A stretch of DNA of 39,037 nucleotides from a virus (Duplodnaviria > Heunggongvirae > Uroviricota > Caudoviricetes), in IMG/VR virus record IMGVR_UViG_2778261428_000004, positions 1 through 39,037 of that record; one strand, 5' to 3'. Made by a program: the position numbers and the translations under genes. Positions 1 through 10,044 of the stretch are shown piece after piece. Position 1 is the first letter of the stretch; each line of letters starts with the position of its first letter. The notes below the pieces were generated by a model. It had not been told where the DNA came from. It did not search any database and was given only the letters and a program-made list of their open reading frames with translations.

Positions 1-39
1 AAAGAAAGCCTTTTATCTTCTACTGATTTAACAACAGCT

Positions 40-1059
40 TTGTTGGCGGCTTTTACTAAAATAACGACTGTAGTTAATGAGATTAACCATTTTTGCCCAT
101 TAGATGTGTCAGTTGTTATCCCTGTTCATAATCGTGAAAAACTTATTCTTAAATGCATTAACTCACTTAATAACCAAACAATTAATAAGGATCGCTTTGA
201 GGTTATTTTTGTCGATGATTGTTCAAGTGACAAAAGCATTGCTGCTATAGAATATAATATAGCACCGGATATTAACTACAGAATTATTCGCCGAGAAATT
301 GGTTCAGGTAACGCTTCAACCCCGCGAAATGAGGGGATAAAAGCAGCAAAAGGGCGTTATATTTTCTTCATGGATTCCGATGACTATATTGACGAAACTC
401 TTCTTGAGAGAGGGGTTCATATTGCTGATAAAAATAATAGTGATATTGTTTACTTCAAAATTGCATCAGATGGTAATCGCGAGGTGCCTATCCGTCCATA
501 CAAGGTGAAAATTGTAGATAAGGCAGATATAACCAAGCATCACCTCTTGCGGTCGTTAACTATTTTCAAATTCTTCCGAAGAAATATGCTTAAAGAGCAT
601 AACATTCTCTTCAACCCAGCTATCACCGTAGCTGAAGATAAAATATTTATGGTTCAATCTCTATCTGTAGCAAACAATATATCTATTCTTGCTGACAAAG
701 ATTATTATCATTTAACATTCCATGGTAATGGTCATTTATCAAGGCAAAAATTTCCTCTTGAAGATAGACACTTCATTCTTAACTCGGTTATTAACACGAT
801 TTACTTTTGCGGAAAAACTAACGAAGAAAAGGCCAAGCTTTACAATGCGTGGCTGGTGATATGCCTTGAAATGATGGAAAAGGTATGTGGTAAAGCAGGT
901 GGCAACGAGCAAAAGAAAAGGATGTTCTTTAACATGCTCTCAACCACTTTCAACATCCGCTCAGATTTAGTAAATCAGGATATGATTTATACCCCTCAGC
1001 GTAAGTTCATCAAACCTTTTTTACAAAATAATTATGAAGGTTTTATAGCTGAAATTTAA
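40..1059 (+). CDS. Family 2 glycosyltransferase (GT-A fold); start uncertain (TTG at 40/43 or GTG at 106)
   Basis: N-terminal VSVVIPVHN...FEVIFVDDCSSD and downstream MDSDDY motifs are typical of GT2 enzymes. The gene is markedly AT-rich. Its stop lies 46 bp from the tailspike stop. Confidence 0.7.
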   Translation: MLAAFTKITTVVNEINHFCPLDVSVVIPVHNREKLILKCINSLNNQTINKDRFEVIFVDDCSSDKSIAAIEYNIAPDINYRIIRREIGSGNASTPRNEGIKAAKGRYIFFMDSDDYIDETLLERGVHIADKNNSDIVYFKIASDGNREVPIRPYKVKIVDKADITKHHLLRSLTIFKFFRRNMLKEHNILFNPAITVAEDKIFMVQSLSVANNISILADKDYYHLTFHGNGHLSRQKFPLEDRHFILNSVINTIYFCGKTNEEKAKLYNAWLVICLEMMEKVCGKAGGNEQKKRMFFNMLSTTFNIRSDLVNQDMIYTPQRKFIKPFLQNNYEGFIAEI

Positions 1060-1064
1060 AACAT

Positions 1065-1085
1065 TGCCCAGCATGTAGCTGGGCA
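1065..1085. terminator. Bidirectional stem-loop between converging glycosyltransferase and tailspike genes
   Basis: Perfect 8-bp stem TGCCCAGC / GCTGGGCA with 5-nt loop in the 46-bp gap between two convergent stop codons. Confidence 0.5.
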
Positions 1086-1105
1086 TACATTAAAAGTACC
1101 ACATA

Positions 1106-3751
1106 TCAACCATTTAGTGTTAACTTTAATAATTTTTCCAGATTATTAATCTTTGATGTGATATTGGCAATATCCTGCTCATGGTGATGATATAATGCGC
1201 TCATTGCCAGAAACATTAACTCGTCATAGCGCACTGATAATTTTCTTCCTGATTCCACAATTAACCTTACTTCACCAGTTTCATACTCTTCTTCCTCTGT
1301 GATTTCATCATACTGACCAGACTCTTCATCAATTAAAATTTTTCTGGTCACATTTCTTGTTGCATAGACTTTCTCATACTCATCATCCCACTCTTCATAG
1401 CAAAGAACCCCATAAGAAAATGCATCAAGCCCCTCAGATTCAAAGATGGATTGTATATCTTGCGCAATTACACCGATATGCTCACGCGCTGACAAGCCTT
1501 TTTCTTTTACAGCATCCTTCATTCTGAATTTTTTTATCAGCGGGTAAATAGCCATTCCAACCCGTAGTTCTGCATCAGATAATGAAGCTTCATCCTGCTT
1601 GTAATTTCTGTCGCTGGTTACAATGGGGCTATTATTTATATACAGGTTTCTGACAGTATTCGACTGTGTACCAATATCATAAAGATTTGAACCTGATGGT
1701 CGAAAATGACCTAATTCTGTTAATACCCATCTGTCACGCAAGCCGTCAATCTCTCCCATGGTTCCAAAGTAGAAAGCAACCGGGATATTGTCTCCGGAAG
1801 GATTACCTCTTGTGACGCATTTAATGTGTGCGCATTGCACAGCCTTACTACCTGTATCACCGGCCCATACATGAGTACCCAATACATCCCCTGTCTGCAG
1901 AGCTCCAAAATTATCAGTTGATACAACACCAGAGCGAGACTTATACATTATTGCTCTTGGTCCTTCTGCGGTGTCTGACTGATGCCGGGAAACCCATGAG
2001 TTGCTCATCCCTTCCGTGCCGTTTGAAGCTAACTGCATTCCACCAGTAATTCCGCCATCAAGAAACAATATAGGGTTATCCCGGTTAGTTTGAATACCCT
2101 TTCTTGTTGGCCAAACTGTCCAGTGAAAAGTATCATTGTATTCCCTTACTCCATATTTGAACTCCGGGGAGCCAGAACTATGAAGACCAGTATTACTGGA
2201 TACAGAACGGCTTGCTTTGCTTTGCACTACCGAACCAGACCTGCCTATATCAAACAGATATACATTTTTCCCGTTCTCAGCAACTCCTTTATATGTGCAT
2301 ATTCCCAGCGTTAAAACATACCCACTCTCCGTTCTAATTACTGTTAGGGACTCAGGCTCTTTATAAACAGGAGTTCCTGTACTGTCAGATTTTGCTTCAT
2401 CATCACCAACAGTTGAAATATCTACTCGCTCAATAAACCTGCCTGTTAAGTCAAATACGTAAATATAATTAGTCATGCCAACATACGTATGTGACTCAAG
2501 TATGTAAATGTATGCCCCATCGCAAGCAATTGATTGGGTAAATGCTTCTTGTGATGGTTTTTGATAGCTAAACTCAACTAAATAATCATCACTATAATCA
2601 GTTTTATGAGATCTGTTATTCCACATGCTGACTATGTCGAAAACACGAACCGTGCAGGTAATTCCATCCGATGAAATTTTCTTGGCAAGTAGATAGTTTT
2701 CACAACTTGATACAGTTGGAGTAGAGCTTGCGCTCATTCCATCATAGGGGAACAACTTCCAGGTGATAAAACCTTCAGATACCCCGTTGGTTGTCCCTGT
2801 GTAACTCAATATATTTTCCATCGAAATACATTGATTGGCGGCATCGGTTCCATAAGGCTTCGATGTCCACAGCACGACAGTACCATCAGGATTATGATGC
2901 AATCCAAGCCCCTGATGCCCAAGTTCAGTAGAACGGGTTCTGTCGTATCTTCCTAGTTCACCAGAATTCGTCACGTCAAAGGCATTAATGCAATAACCGT
3001 ATGCTGTGGTAGATGATAAAGTAAAAATCTTGTCGTTAATTTCATCATAACAACACCCCTGAATGACCGCATATAAACCACCCGCACCTTCAGTTCTGCG
3101 CAACGTGTGTCTGGTGTTATATACTTTTGGCATTCCGGAAAATATCAATGGCTCTCTTTTATCTCTTAATTTAAGATCACCAATCGCAATTCGTTTACTG
3201 CCATCACGAATAAAAGAACCATTTATATAGCTATTTTCAATAAAACTTTTAGTAACAAAAAATGCTCTTCCACTTAAATCAATAACCCTATTTTTTATAT
3301 CCATTTCCAACGCGACAAATGCTTCAGTATCATCGCTAATCCCATCCCCCTTAGCTCCAAAATAAAGAGGAGACATATTTAGCATATCATTTGATAATAC
3401 TTTTTGTTTAAACTGATCCGGGTCGTACTTCAACACATTCGGAAAATAAAACTGCTGCGAACCATACGCATCATATACAGCCATAGAATGGCCTTGCACA
3501 GTTACGAATTTGGCAATCTGTCCGTTATATACCGGATACCCGCCAGCGTTAATGATGATTGGCTGTGCAACAGGAACGTGAGAACCGTCTTCATTCTCTA
3601 CATAAACCTGAATCTGGTTTTCAGGATTTACCGGGTCAGTGTCAATTTTTCCGATATAAATTTTGCCATTGGCAACCGCTTTAAAAGAACGCGCCATAGT
3701 GAAGAGTTGCGAAGGCATGCTTACCACAACATTTGCGGTGATATCTGACAT
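1106..3751 (-). CDS. Tailspike: P22-type N-terminal head-binding domain, divergent central receptor-binding/depolymerase-like domain, C-terminal intramolecular chaperone (peptidase S74-like) domain
   Basis: Start taken at internal ATG 3751 ([11 protein letters not shown]...) with GGAG 7 nt upstream. The first ~115 aa closely match P22 gp9 as recalled. The C-terminal ~130 aa resemble the autocleaving chaperone domain of endosialidase/T5 L-shaped fibre proteins. [14 protein letters not shown] is a beta-helix-type motif. Confidence 0.85.
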   Translation of the reverse strand: MSDITANVVVSMPSQLFTMARSFKAVANGKIYIGKIDTDPVNPENQIQVYVENEDGSHVPVAQPIIINAGGYPVYNGQIAKFVTVQGHSMAVYDAYGSQQFYFPNVLKYDPDQFKQKVLSNDMLNMSPLYFGAKGDGISDDTEAFVALEMDIKNRVIDLSGRAFFVTKSFIENSYINGSFIRDGSKRIAIGDLKLRDKREPLIFSGMPKVYNTRHTLRRTEGAGGLYAVIQGCCYDEINDKIFTLSSTTAYGYCINAFDVTNSGELGRYDRTRSTELGHQGLGLHHNPDGTVVLWTSKPYGTDAANQCISMENILSYTGTTNGVSEGFITWKLFPYDGMSASSTPTVSSCENYLLAKKISSDGITCTVRVFDIVSMWNNRSHKTDYSDDYLVEFSYQKPSQEAFTQSIACDGAYIYILESHTYVGMTNYIYVFDLTGRFIERVDISTVGDDEAKSDSTGTPVYKEPESLTVIRTESGYVLTLGICTYKGVAENGKNVYLFDIGRSGSVVQSKASRSVSSNTGLHSSGSPEFKYGVREYNDTFHWTVWPTRKGIQTNRDNPILFLDGGITGGMQLASNGTEGMSNSWVSRHQSDTAEGPRAIMYKSRSGVVSTDNFGALQTGDVLGTHVWAGDTGSKAVQCAHIKCVTRGNPSGDNIPVAFYFGTMGEIDGLRDRWVLTELGHFRPSGSNLYDIGTQSNTVRNLYINNSPIVTSDRNYKQDEASLSDAELRVGMAIYPLIKKFRMKDAVKEKGLSAREHIGVIAQDIQSIFESEGLDAFSYGVLCYEEWDDEYEKVYATRNVTRKILIDEESGQYDEITEEEEYETGEVRLIVESGRKLSVRYDELMFLAMSALYHHHEQDIANITSKINNLEKLLKLTLNG

Positions 3752-3872
3752 TTCATTGCTCCAGACGAATGATATGATGCAACCATGATGTGATTGCATA
3801 CCGAAATGGTACTATTGAGTATTTATCCAGTAGGTTACGATGCCATTCCACCCAACTGGTGAGGCATCAAGG
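3752..3872. promoter_or_regulatory. Divergent intergenic region between tailspike and mnt starts; candidate Pmnt / remnant Pant-operator region
   Basis: 121-bp gap between divergent start codons. By analogy with P22 immI this would hold the mnt promoter and Mnt operator, but I could not identify the operator with certainty. Confidence 0.3.
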
Positions 3873-4139
3873 ATGTACAGCAAATACGATGAGGCGCAGT
3901 TTCACTTGAGACTTCCGCATGAACTCCACGCGAAAATTAAGCAGCGTGCGAAGATGAATAACAGATCGCTGAACTCAGAGATAATTGCAGCGATTGAAGA
4001 ATCGTTGGCTAAACAAAGCTCTGCATCCGTTTACATTGATGATGCAGAGCGTATGGCAGAACAACAATCTGATATGGTTAAGAAAATGGTATTTGAAACG
4101 CTTAAGACCATGTATAGCAATAATAAAAAGGAAACATAG
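3873..4139 (+). CDS. mnt: Mnt-family ribbon-helix-helix repressor (P22 immI Mnt homolog)
   Basis: Sequence RLPHELHAKIKQRAKMNNRSLNSEII...DDAERMAEQQSDMVKKMVFETLK aligns with P22 Mnt as recalled. Start taken at internal ATG 3873 with AAGG upstream. Confidence 0.8.
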   Translation: MYSKYDEAQFHLRLPHELHAKIKQRAKMNNRSLNSEIIAAIEESLAKQSSASVYIDDAERMAEQQSDMVKKMVFETLKTMYSNNKKET

Positions 4140-4209
4140 AAATCTAGTTTCCGGCTAAAATGGCATTGCCTTCATGCTATCCTGTGAAAAACTAAGGAGA
4201 GTTAACCAT

Positions 4210-4695
4210 ATGAAAAAATCACTGTTAATTATCCCGCTTCTGCTGGTTGGATGCGCAAAAGTAAGTGACTATCAAGCAAGTTGCGAACAACGCTATCCAA
4301 AGCTTAGCGATATGGCTAATTGTCTTGATGCCAGTGTGAAGAACGACTCACGCATGGCATCAGCACCAACACCTAAGCTGTATGTCCTTGCTGCAAAGAT
4401 GCTCGGGCAAGGTGTCGATGAAGGCAAGATAAGTGACGCACAGGCAAGACTTGAGCTTCAGAATCTTTATGTTCAATTACAAAGCCAAGAACAAGCCCAA
4501 CAAATAGCACAAAGCCAAGCATTCCAGCAGGCTTTATTGAATTATCAGGCTGTAAACACAATGCAAGCGATCGAGCAAAAAGCGCGCCAGCCTGTTATAA
4601 CTCAACCTTACCCAACACGCGTTGACACATATACAAACTGCAATTCAGGATTTGGAAACACGGTAACATGCAACAGTAGCAGTAACATCAGATAA
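4210..4695 (+). CDS. Putative lipoprotein of unknown function (signal peptide plus lipobox LVGC), Gln-rich
   Basis: Start at ATG 4210 with AAGGAG 6 nt upstream. MKKSLLIIPLLLVGCAK is a classic SPII signal/lipobox. It occupies the sieA/immI position between gp16 and the tailspike. Confidence 0.65.
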   Translation: MKKSLLIIPLLLVGCAKVSDYQASCEQRYPKLSDMANCLDASVKNDSRMASAPTPKLYVLAAKMLGQGVDEGKISDAQARLELQNLYVQLQSQEQAQQIAQSQAFQQALLNYQAVNTMQAIEQKARQPVITQPYPTRVDTYTNCNSGFGNTVTCNSSSNIR

Positions 4696-4785
4696 CAATC
4701 AGCAAAGGTATCGCCTATGCAGATGGATACGATAAACCTCGCGTTCTACATATTTGGTTTTTGCACGTTCCTGGTGTTTGAAAGG

Positions 4786-6783
4786 CTATTCTGACAATGC
4801 ATCAGACTTAGCCCCCTGCGTCATGGCGTTAATGGCCTTTTGTGCCTGCTGCATGGCTTTCTCGAACGCTGTTGATCCGCGTGGGGTGTTTGCCATTCGG
4901 AGCATTGCATTTCTGAATGGCTCGCTCTCATAGGCGCGAGTAAGAAGTCCGTAGCTTACCGCTGCGCCAGTTGTCGCAGGGTTCATTGCTGTCCCATATC
5001 CGATAATGAACGGGATGGTTTGCTGCCCTGTTGGTGTTGTTACTGCCGCTTTTGCAGCCTGCTGCGTGGATTGCAGGTAGTTTTTCAATCCTTTCAGATA
5101 AGCGGCTTCCTGACCTTTAAATGTGATGCCAGTCTGGTTTTGCAGGATGTTAAGCTGCCGAAGGAACTGGTCAGGGGAACCACCTGATTTCTCCATCGCC
5201 TTTCCAATGATGCCATTGCGCATTTGCGCCCTGCCAACACGACCAACTGAGTTATACAGAGTCTTAATTTCCGATTTGTTCTTGCTGAATAGCATGTTGT
5301 TGACAACTTCCGGCGTCAGGTCGCCTTTCATGAGAACATTCTTCAGCCTGGTATTCTTTAGTTTCGCCGCTTCGTCAGCGTAGACGGCATTGGCCTGCTG
5401 ATATTTACGAAGAGTATCGTTGCCAAGATTCTGACCAATGGCACCATTGATATCGTCGGTCATCGCCTTGTAAACACGTTGAATGGCGGCATCGGAACGG
5501 TTTGGTAACACTGGTCGCTCCCCCTTCACGTCCATTCTGAACTGGCTGCGCAGATCGCTTAATTGCTTCAAATCCAGATTAACCGGACCATCAGGGCCAG
5601 CATTGCGAACAAGCTCATCACGATATGACTGAAGTTTTGAAATTGTCTCGTTATCAGCTACCTTACCAAGCTTCTGCAGATTAGATATTTCTGTATCAAT
5701 CTGCTGAATTGCTCGCGCAGGCTGAATGTTTACTCCAGCCATAGCATTCTGAACCTGCTCCAGTCGATTACCGGCGGCACGACGAATTCCTGATGTTTTC
5801 GCTTTAAGGCTGTCAATAACAACCGCTGGATCATACTCACCGAATTTATCGGCAAATCTCTGCACCAACTGGCTTCTCGCTTCCTGTTGCGTTGCTCTCA
5901 TTCCGCTTGTGCCAGCCAGAGGGATATTTTCTGCTGTAGTCTGCGCCATTTTTCCGACGCGGGAAGTGGGTTGTAACAGGTCTGTGGTGTGCAGAGGAAC
6001 TCCTTCACGCTCTGCAAATCTGATAGCCTGCTGCGCTTCTGGCGCAATAGCACCACGAACGCCACGATAAGCAGCACCTAATCCACGCCCGGCAGCGTTA
6101 ATAGCAGCGCCAGCAAGTACACCAACGCCTAAATCGGTGGCGAGTGCTTCCGCATCATCTTTCGCACTATTTGCAGCAAGTGATCCAACTGCGTTTTCTG
6201 CTAGAAGGCGAGTTGCCCCCTGAGCAATTCGACCAGCAAGTGTTGGTGCCTGTACCGCCGCTCTCTCAACGCCAGCAGGAGTGAGGTAAGGCAATGCTTC
6301 AGCAAATACCTTTCCCTCTGTCGTTTGTGGAGTCAGCGCACCTTGCTGAAGGCCAAAGTCCTGCTCTAATCCCTGCGTTGTTACTCGTGGTGCTGGTTGA
6401 TATGTACCATCGCCAATACCGAGTTTACCGCCAGCCCAAGCCGCCGCGCTTGTTACAGCATCGGCAACTGATGCAGGTATGTTTGCCACGTTCACGCCAG
6501 CCTGCACCATTCCGCGACCAGTCTCTTTTACTGCTTCGCCAAGATCAGACATAAATCCACTTTGCTGTGGTTGTTGCTGTGCTACTGGTTGCTGTGTCTC
6601 CACTGACTGCACAAATGGCAATGGATAGGCAGCATAGAAAGCTTGCTTAGCCTGCTCTGCATTTTCTCCGGCTTGCGGGGCCACGACTTCATTGAAGTAT
6701 TGCTCCTGAGCCTGCGCTTTTTGTTCTGGTGCTAACGCCTGATACTGTGGAGAGGCGATAACATCTTTCCATGCTTTAGCCAT
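4786..6783 (-). CDS. Ejection (internal virion) protein, P22 gp16-like
   Basis: Position last in the 7-20-16 ejection protein series; long Ala/Gly/Gln-rich protein. Assigned by synteny with P22. Confidence 0.7.
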   Translation of the reverse strand: MAKAWKDVIASPQYQALAPEQKAQAQEQYFNEVVAPQAGENAEQAKQAFYAAYPLPFVQSVETQQPVAQQQPQQSGFMSDLGEAVKETGRGMVQAGVNVANIPASVADAVTSAAAWAGGKLGIGDGTYQPAPRVTTQGLEQDFGLQQGALTPQTTEGKVFAEALPYLTPAGVERAAVQAPTLAGRIAQGATRLLAENAVGSLAANSAKDDAEALATDLGVGVLAGAAINAAGRGLGAAYRGVRGAIAPEAQQAIRFAEREGVPLHTTDLLQPTSRVGKMAQTTAENIPLAGTSGMRATQQEARSQLVQRFADKFGEYDPAVVIDSLKAKTSGIRRAAGNRLEQVQNAMAGVNIQPARAIQQIDTEISNLQKLGKVADNETISKLQSYRDELVRNAGPDGPVNLDLKQLSDLRSQFRMDVKGERPVLPNRSDAAIQRVYKAMTDDINGAIGQNLGNDTLRKYQQANAVYADEAAKLKNTRLKNVLMKGDLTPEVVNNMLFSKNKSEIKTLYNSVGRVGRAQMRNGIIGKAMEKSGGSPDQFLRQLNILQNQTGITFKGQEAAYLKGLKNYLQSTQQAAKAAVTTPTGQQTIPFIIGYGTAMNPATTGAAVSYGLLTRAYESEPFRNAMLRMANTPRGSTAFEKAMQQAQKAINAMTQGAKSDALSE

Positions 6784-8180
6784 TAATCACCCCATAGTGA
6801 AGAAAAGTTACTGCTGGCTGCTGGCTGTGATACCTGTGCAGGTTGAGATTGCTGCCGCTGAGATTTACCAACATTAACGTTATATTGTTGGTTGTAATTG
6901 TTGGTGTATTCCTGAATCTCACGAATCGACTGCTGCATAGCCTCCGGGCTTGAATAGTCAACCTGCGGCATCCCCTGAAAATACATCTTCGCTTCTGCAA
7001 CGGTGTTAATACCACTGGCACCCATGTCCCTTGCTGCCGCCACACCCTGATTCTGCATTCTGCCCTGAATACGTTGTGCTGAGTTATATAACTGGCGCTG
7101 CTCTTTTCCCGTTAATCGGCTGCGAACATCAGCACCAATTGCTGGATTACCTGCACCGCCTGTCATTCCTGTCATGAAATCGAGAGCAGAAGCGTCTGCA
7201 TTTGCGATCGCGTCGATATCCTTCTTCATGGCATAGTTTTGTGCTGATGCAGACGATGTTGCCGGCGCAGCGATTGAACTGGCAGGAACGCGAACCATAT
7301 TCCCCTCGTTGTCGATGCCTTCGTAGAACGCATTAGCCCCAGCGCCGTGAAGCTTCCCGCCTACCGTTACAGTTCTGCCATCTGATAACTGAACTGTACG
7401 CTCATCATTCCCAGCAGTTCCTCTTGTTGACGATCGCTGCATTGCCAAATCCTGACCGCGTCGTGCAGTAGAAGCAGATAAATCCTGACCGCGCATCGTG
7501 ATGTTCTGACCACGCGCTGTTAGTGCTTCTCCAGCCTGATTGCTGCGGATTGTCTCTGCCAGTCTGCCTCGGTCAATTTCACGACCAGCCATCTTGTCCT
7601 GAACAGCAAACGCCTTTTCTGGCCCAAGTGCACCGAGAGACATAGTAGTCAGCATGTGTGATAGCTGCTCTGGATTCTGGATACCTGTCTGAATCATCCA
7701 GTCAGCATTCGCCCCCACGCGATTTAACCTGTCCTTGTTGTCAGTAATGAATTTACTGTAGGCTTCCGGTCCCTGAGAAAGAGCGACGTTAGCCCTCATG
7801 GCTAAATCGCCCATATCGTTGCGTTGCTGCTCATTAAGACCGGAAAACGCCTGTTGTGCCTGCGCAACAAACGCTGGATTTTCCTGGGCAAACTTAAATA
7901 GTCCCGATGGATCACCAGAAGCCCATGCATCAGCGTGAACCTTATTGAACGCACTAATAGCTTTCTGTTGCTGTTCCTGATTGTAAATATCAGCAACTCC
8001 AGCCAGACCACGTAACGCGGTCAGACCAACGTTATTTGCACCTGAGCGAGCCAGTTCATTGTTTTCGCGGATCAGACCAAGCGTTGCGTTAATGTCGCTT
8101 GCCTTTGGCGCATTCTCATTTTGCGTACCGATGCCAGCCAGAAAACCACCAGAATTAATACCCTGTTGCCACGTAGCCAT
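6783..8180 (-). CDS. Ejection protein, P22 gp20-like
   Basis: 465 aa against 471 aa for P22 gp20; synteny between gp7 and gp16. Confidence 0.7.
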   Translation of the reverse strand: MATWQQGINSGGFLAGIGTQNENAPKASDINATLGLIRENNELARSGANNVGLTALRGLAGVADIYNQEQQQKAISAFNKVHADAWASGDPSGLFKFAQENPAFVAQAQQAFSGLNEQQRNDMGDLAMRANVALSQGPEAYSKFITDNKDRLNRVGANADWMIQTGIQNPEQLSHMLTTMSLGALGPEKAFAVQDKMAGREIDRGRLAETIRSNQAGEALTARGQNITMRGQDLSASTARRGQDLAMQRSSTRGTAGNDERTVQLSDGRTVTVGGKLHGAGANAFYEGIDNEGNMVRVPASSIAAPATSSASAQNYAMKKDIDAIANADASALDFMTGMTGGAGNPAIGADVRSRLTGKEQRQLYNSAQRIQGRMQNQGVAAARDMGASGINTVAEAKMYFQGMPQVDYSSPEAMQQSIREIQEYTNNYNQQYNVNVGKSQRQQSQPAQVSQPAASSNFSSLWGD

Positions 8181-8189
8181 GATTACCCC

Positions 8190-8885
8190 TTAAAACAACG
8201 AGCCAAGCAGACCAAGACCGCCACCAACAGCGGCACCAATACCAGTACCAATACCAGGAACAATGCTGCCAAGTTGTGCTCCAGCAATTGCTCCAGAGGC
8301 AGCCCCGCCTATTGCAGATTGAAGGCCGGAAGGTCTATTAGCGTTTGCCGCCGCCAGTGCCGCGCTTTGCTGTGAAATCTGGCTCATGTTGTTGGCATAT
8401 GTTTGCCCGGCGTTTGCCTGTCCCTGAAGAGCGCCAAGACCAATATTTGCCAGATTCTGGTAGTTGTTCATTTGTCCAGATAGCCATTGCTGGCCAAGAG
8501 TTGGTGCGATTGTTGCTAACTGATTACTGGTTGCGGTGGAACCTAATCCACCTGTTGCTTCCGCTGCCGCCAGACTCTGATAGCGCGCCTGACCAGCAAG
8601 GTCTTTGTACTGCTGAGAGTTGTAATACTGGTTAAGCGCCTGACCTTGCCCCTCCAGAGACGATAAGTTCTCGAGGCTGCCGACATACTTCTCAGCCAGA
8701 GGAGTAAACGGTTTCAGGTTGTTCATGATGGTGTTGAACTGCTGATTTTGCAGGTCTGCGGCATACTTCTGAGCTTCTGCTGCATACTTTGCGCTTTTAT
8801 CAGAGCTGCCACCTTTCCCGCCTTTTTCAGGGCAATAAGGTTCCTCGCCGCGCAGTTTTCTGCCCAGCTTAAATGCATATAACAT
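8190..8885 (-). CDS. Ejection protein, P22 gp7-like
   Basis: 231 aa; N-terminus MLYAFKLGRKLRGEEP and Gly/Ala-rich C-terminus as in P22 gp7 as recalled; synteny. Confidence 0.75.
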   Translation of the reverse strand: MLYAFKLGRKLRGEEPYCPEKGGKGGSSDKSAKYAAEAQKYAADLQNQQFNTIMNNLKPFTPLAEKYVGSLENLSSLEGQGQALNQYYNSQQYKDLAGQARYQSLAAAEATGGLGSTATSNQLATIAPTLGQQWLSGQMNNYQNLANIGLGALQGQANAGQTYANNMSQISQQSAALAAANANRPSGLQSAIGGAASGAIAGAQLGSIVPGIGTGIGAAVGGGLGLLGSLF

Positions 8886-8887
8886 GG

Positions 8888-9343
8888 CTATCTCCCGTGA
8901 TTCAGGAAGTCGATTAGTTCTTCGCGTGTGGCGCTGTAAAACGTCACGTCATCCACGCCTTTGAAGTATTTCTTGATGGTTCCTACTCGCTTAAGGCCAA
9001 TCATTGCGCAGTACATCTGACCGTGGCGGAATTTGCGCGCAGCGAACGATGTGACGCACTGAACGGTGGTGTTAGTCAGAATGTATCGCCAGAACGCCAG
9101 CCCGATTTCCTTGCTGAATCCACGAACCTCTGGCAGGTACATGGCGTGGCAATCAAAGGTCAAAGGCTGAATCTCCTGATAGTAAACAATGCCGCCGAAC
9201 TGCCCGTGCACGTTCACCTCAAAGTAACGGCATTCAGGCTTGTAGTCGTATCCATCACCGTTGTTGCTCCCGGCAATAATGTCAGGGTGATTTCCGACAG
9301 CTTCGATCAGGTCGATGTTTCGCGTTGGTTTGAATGTAATCAT
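8888..9343 (-). CDS. Virion assembly protein, P22 gp14-like (by synteny)
   Basis: Located between tail needle gp26 and gp7 exactly as P22 gene 14; the sequence was not independently recognised. Confidence 0.55.
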   Translation of the reverse strand: MITFKPTRNIDLIEAVGNHPDIIAGSNNGDGYDYKPECRYFEVNVHGQFGGIVYYQEIQPLTFDCHAMYLPEVRGFSKEIGLAFWRYILTNTTVQCVTSFAARKFRHGQMYCAMIGLKRVGTIKKYFKGVDDVTFYSATREELIDFLNHGR

Positions 9344-10044
9344 CAGTCAATCAGCCCATGTAATCTAAGTGCCGTTTCAAGCGCCAGAATACGCTGCCGC
9401 GCCTGCTGCAAACCTGTAGCGAGAGCCGCGACTTCGGATTGTGTGTACGTAGTGCCGACCGTGTATGACTGGTTAGCGTTGAATGAGCCAAGAAGTGGCG
9501 TACCTGTGGCTGCAGTCCATCCGGTATTTCTTGCTCCAACAACCTGAATTCCATCAACTGAATATGATGTTTTTACATCCAGCGGTGATGCAAGAGACTG
9601 CGATTCGGTTACGGTTTTCGATACGTAATCACTCTTAATGTCAGATACATCGCTTTCTACGCCATCCAGTCTTTGGTCAACAGTGACCAGATGCCCCTGA
9701 ATATCGATAACCTCATCCAGCAAGTAATCAACATCGCTACGCAGTACGACTATCTTCCCTTCGGCAGTTGTTAACCTGACCTCAAGGAGATTTATCGCTT
9801 TTGTGTTTGCGGTGATTCTTGCATCGTGGTCAGCCAGTTCGACGTCCTGTTCATCGTTTTTTACCTGGGCATCGTAAGCGCCCTGACCAGCCTGATTTGC
9901 CTTCCCGGCAATTGCGCCGACATCAGCCCCCTGATTAATGACATACAGCAGGTAAGACTGGCTGAAGATATTGCGTGGAAGGATTGATGTATCGAGCCGC
10001 GTCGCCTGAACAATAACCGGTGTGTTGAGATTCGAATCAGCCAT
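9343..10044 (-). CDS. Tail needle protein, P22 gp26-like
   Basis: Start at internal ATG 10044 ([18 protein letters not shown]...), overlapping the gp10 stop. Strong match to P22 gp26 including C-terminal ...[12 protein letters not shown]. Confidence 0.85.
   Translation of the reverse strand: MADSNLNTPVIVQATRLDTSILPRNIFSQSYLLYVINQGADVGAIAGKANQAGQGAYDAQVKNDEQDVELADHDARITANTKAINLLEVRLTTAEGKIVVLRSDVDYLLDEVIDIQGHLVTVDQRLDGVESDVSDIKSDYVSKTVTESQSLASPLDVKTSYSVDGIQVVGARNTGWTAATGTPLLGSFNANQSYTVGTTYTQSEVAALATGLQQARQRILALETALRLHGLID

Noticed and set aside
1-39. Possible phage attachment core at the left edge
   Set aside because: The sequence does not match the lambda att core (GCTTTTTTATACTAA) convincingly. 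Because int ends at the right window edge, attP/attL is expected beyond position 39037.
3840-3872. Longer mnt ORF starting MPFHPTGEASR
   Set aside because: Homology to Mnt begins at the internal ATG 3873, which has an SD; the extension would run into the divergent promoter region.
9023-9547. 174-aa plus-strand ORF
   Set aside because: It lies wholly antisense to the gp14 and gp26 genes, which have strong homology support; no SD or recognisable domain.
10025-10040. tRNA T-loop-like GATTCGAATC
   Set aside because: It lies inside the gp26 coding sequence with no surrounding cloverleaf; no tRNA gene was found anywhere in the window.
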